A DNA stretch of 63,562 nt, counting the filler, from Octopus bimaculoides (lineage: Eukaryota): NCBI RefSeq assembly GCF_001194135.2. It is 6 parts of 5 records of this genome, joined end to end, with 100 filler letters (N's around TTAATTAATTAA, not from the genome) between each part and the next. Parts side by side here need not be neighbours in the genome. Positions count along the whole stretch, not along the records: positions 60,818 to 63,562 come from NW_026371140.1; 5 more parts are not named here. One strand, given 5' to 3'. Under the pieces are notes generated by a model. The model saw only the letters and a list, made by a program, of their open reading frames with translations. It ran no database searches and was not told the DNA's origin. A program made the position numbers and the translations under genes. Below are positions 62,756 through 63,562 of this stretch, one piece after another (within the stretch, counting starts at the first letter, position 1; each line of letters opens with the position of its first letter).

Positions 62756-63237
62756 TATATATACATAATGTTGTGGATAGTCTAGTATGCATATATGCTA
62801 TTGTAATTTTATTTTATTTTGAATGCAGCGTATATTTTATTTTATTTGATTTGATTTTAATGTGTTAATTCGAATATAATTAATTATCTACAATATGTAT
62901 TTTGAGCCCATTTTTCTATTTAAAGTTTTCTTCGATATCTTTTAAAATAGGATGAATCTATATTAAATTCATTTGTTTTGTTCATTACGCATCCATAAAC
63001 GTTATTTGAAACGACCAATCAAACAGTTCTATATGTTTCAAATTTGATATTACTTTTGATTGCATTGTTATTCCTTTCCCATTTCTAACAAAACTGTCCG
63101 ATGAACGGAAACGTGAAACTCAGAGTAACAGTCTTTTGTTATATTTCTGCTGCTTTTAAATAAAGCATATTACTCTACCTCTGGTATTTAAGTACTCTTT
63201 TTACCACCTTGTTGCACATTTTATGTGCTTACTCCGG

Positions 63238-63276
<39 letters not shown>

Positions 63277-63562
63277 ACATATATACGGATGGGGTAACAC
63301 ACACATATACACACTCATGTTTATACATTTACGTAGATAAAAATAAATATAAAGTCATATTGTGATAAATATTCATGTAAATATGATATGAGAAAGACGT
63401 AAATGTAGAGAGAGGGAGAGAGATTGTAATACCCAGAAAAAGATGGAAGGATCTACCATCTGAAAAGGAAATCAATGTTTTAGATTTTCATTAACTCAAT
63501 AGTACATTACGCCATTACATTTGCTCCAACAGATAAGTATATTTTAGCAAAGGCAGAAATAA

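Overview
This is an AT-rich, microsatellite-dense animal genomic window with about 5.3 kb of N gaps. The SINE families and repeat landscape point to a cephalopod (Octopus-type) genome; this is an inference from recognising the repeats. The window is six scaffolds joined by artificial 100-bp N44-TTAATTAATTAA-N44 linkers. No complete host gene can be identified. Almost all ORF-track entries are microsatellite, gap or transposon artefacts. The supportable content is mostly mobile DNA: four tRNA-headed SINE families, a Mag-type Ty3/Gypsy LTR element, Tx1/L1-, R4/Dong- and APE-type LINE fragments, two mariner remnants, a Chapaev-like transposase remnant, a Helitron 5' end and Penelope-type inverted repeats. 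Main observations: (1) two well-formed type I hammerhead ribozyme motifs and one atypical one, two of them inside long inverted repeats; (2) a Gypsy element inserted into a SINE whose two halves now face opposite ways (inversion or mis-oriented contig); (3) a sharply bounded ~10 kb CpG-depleted block, where SINE copies have lost 7/7 compared CpGs, suggesting germline (gene-body) methylation; (4) a mariner derivative built from two inverted 5' ends; (5) a plausible promoter and first coding exon (CCAAT, Inr, ATG, GT donor) on the minus strand near 20.3 kb.
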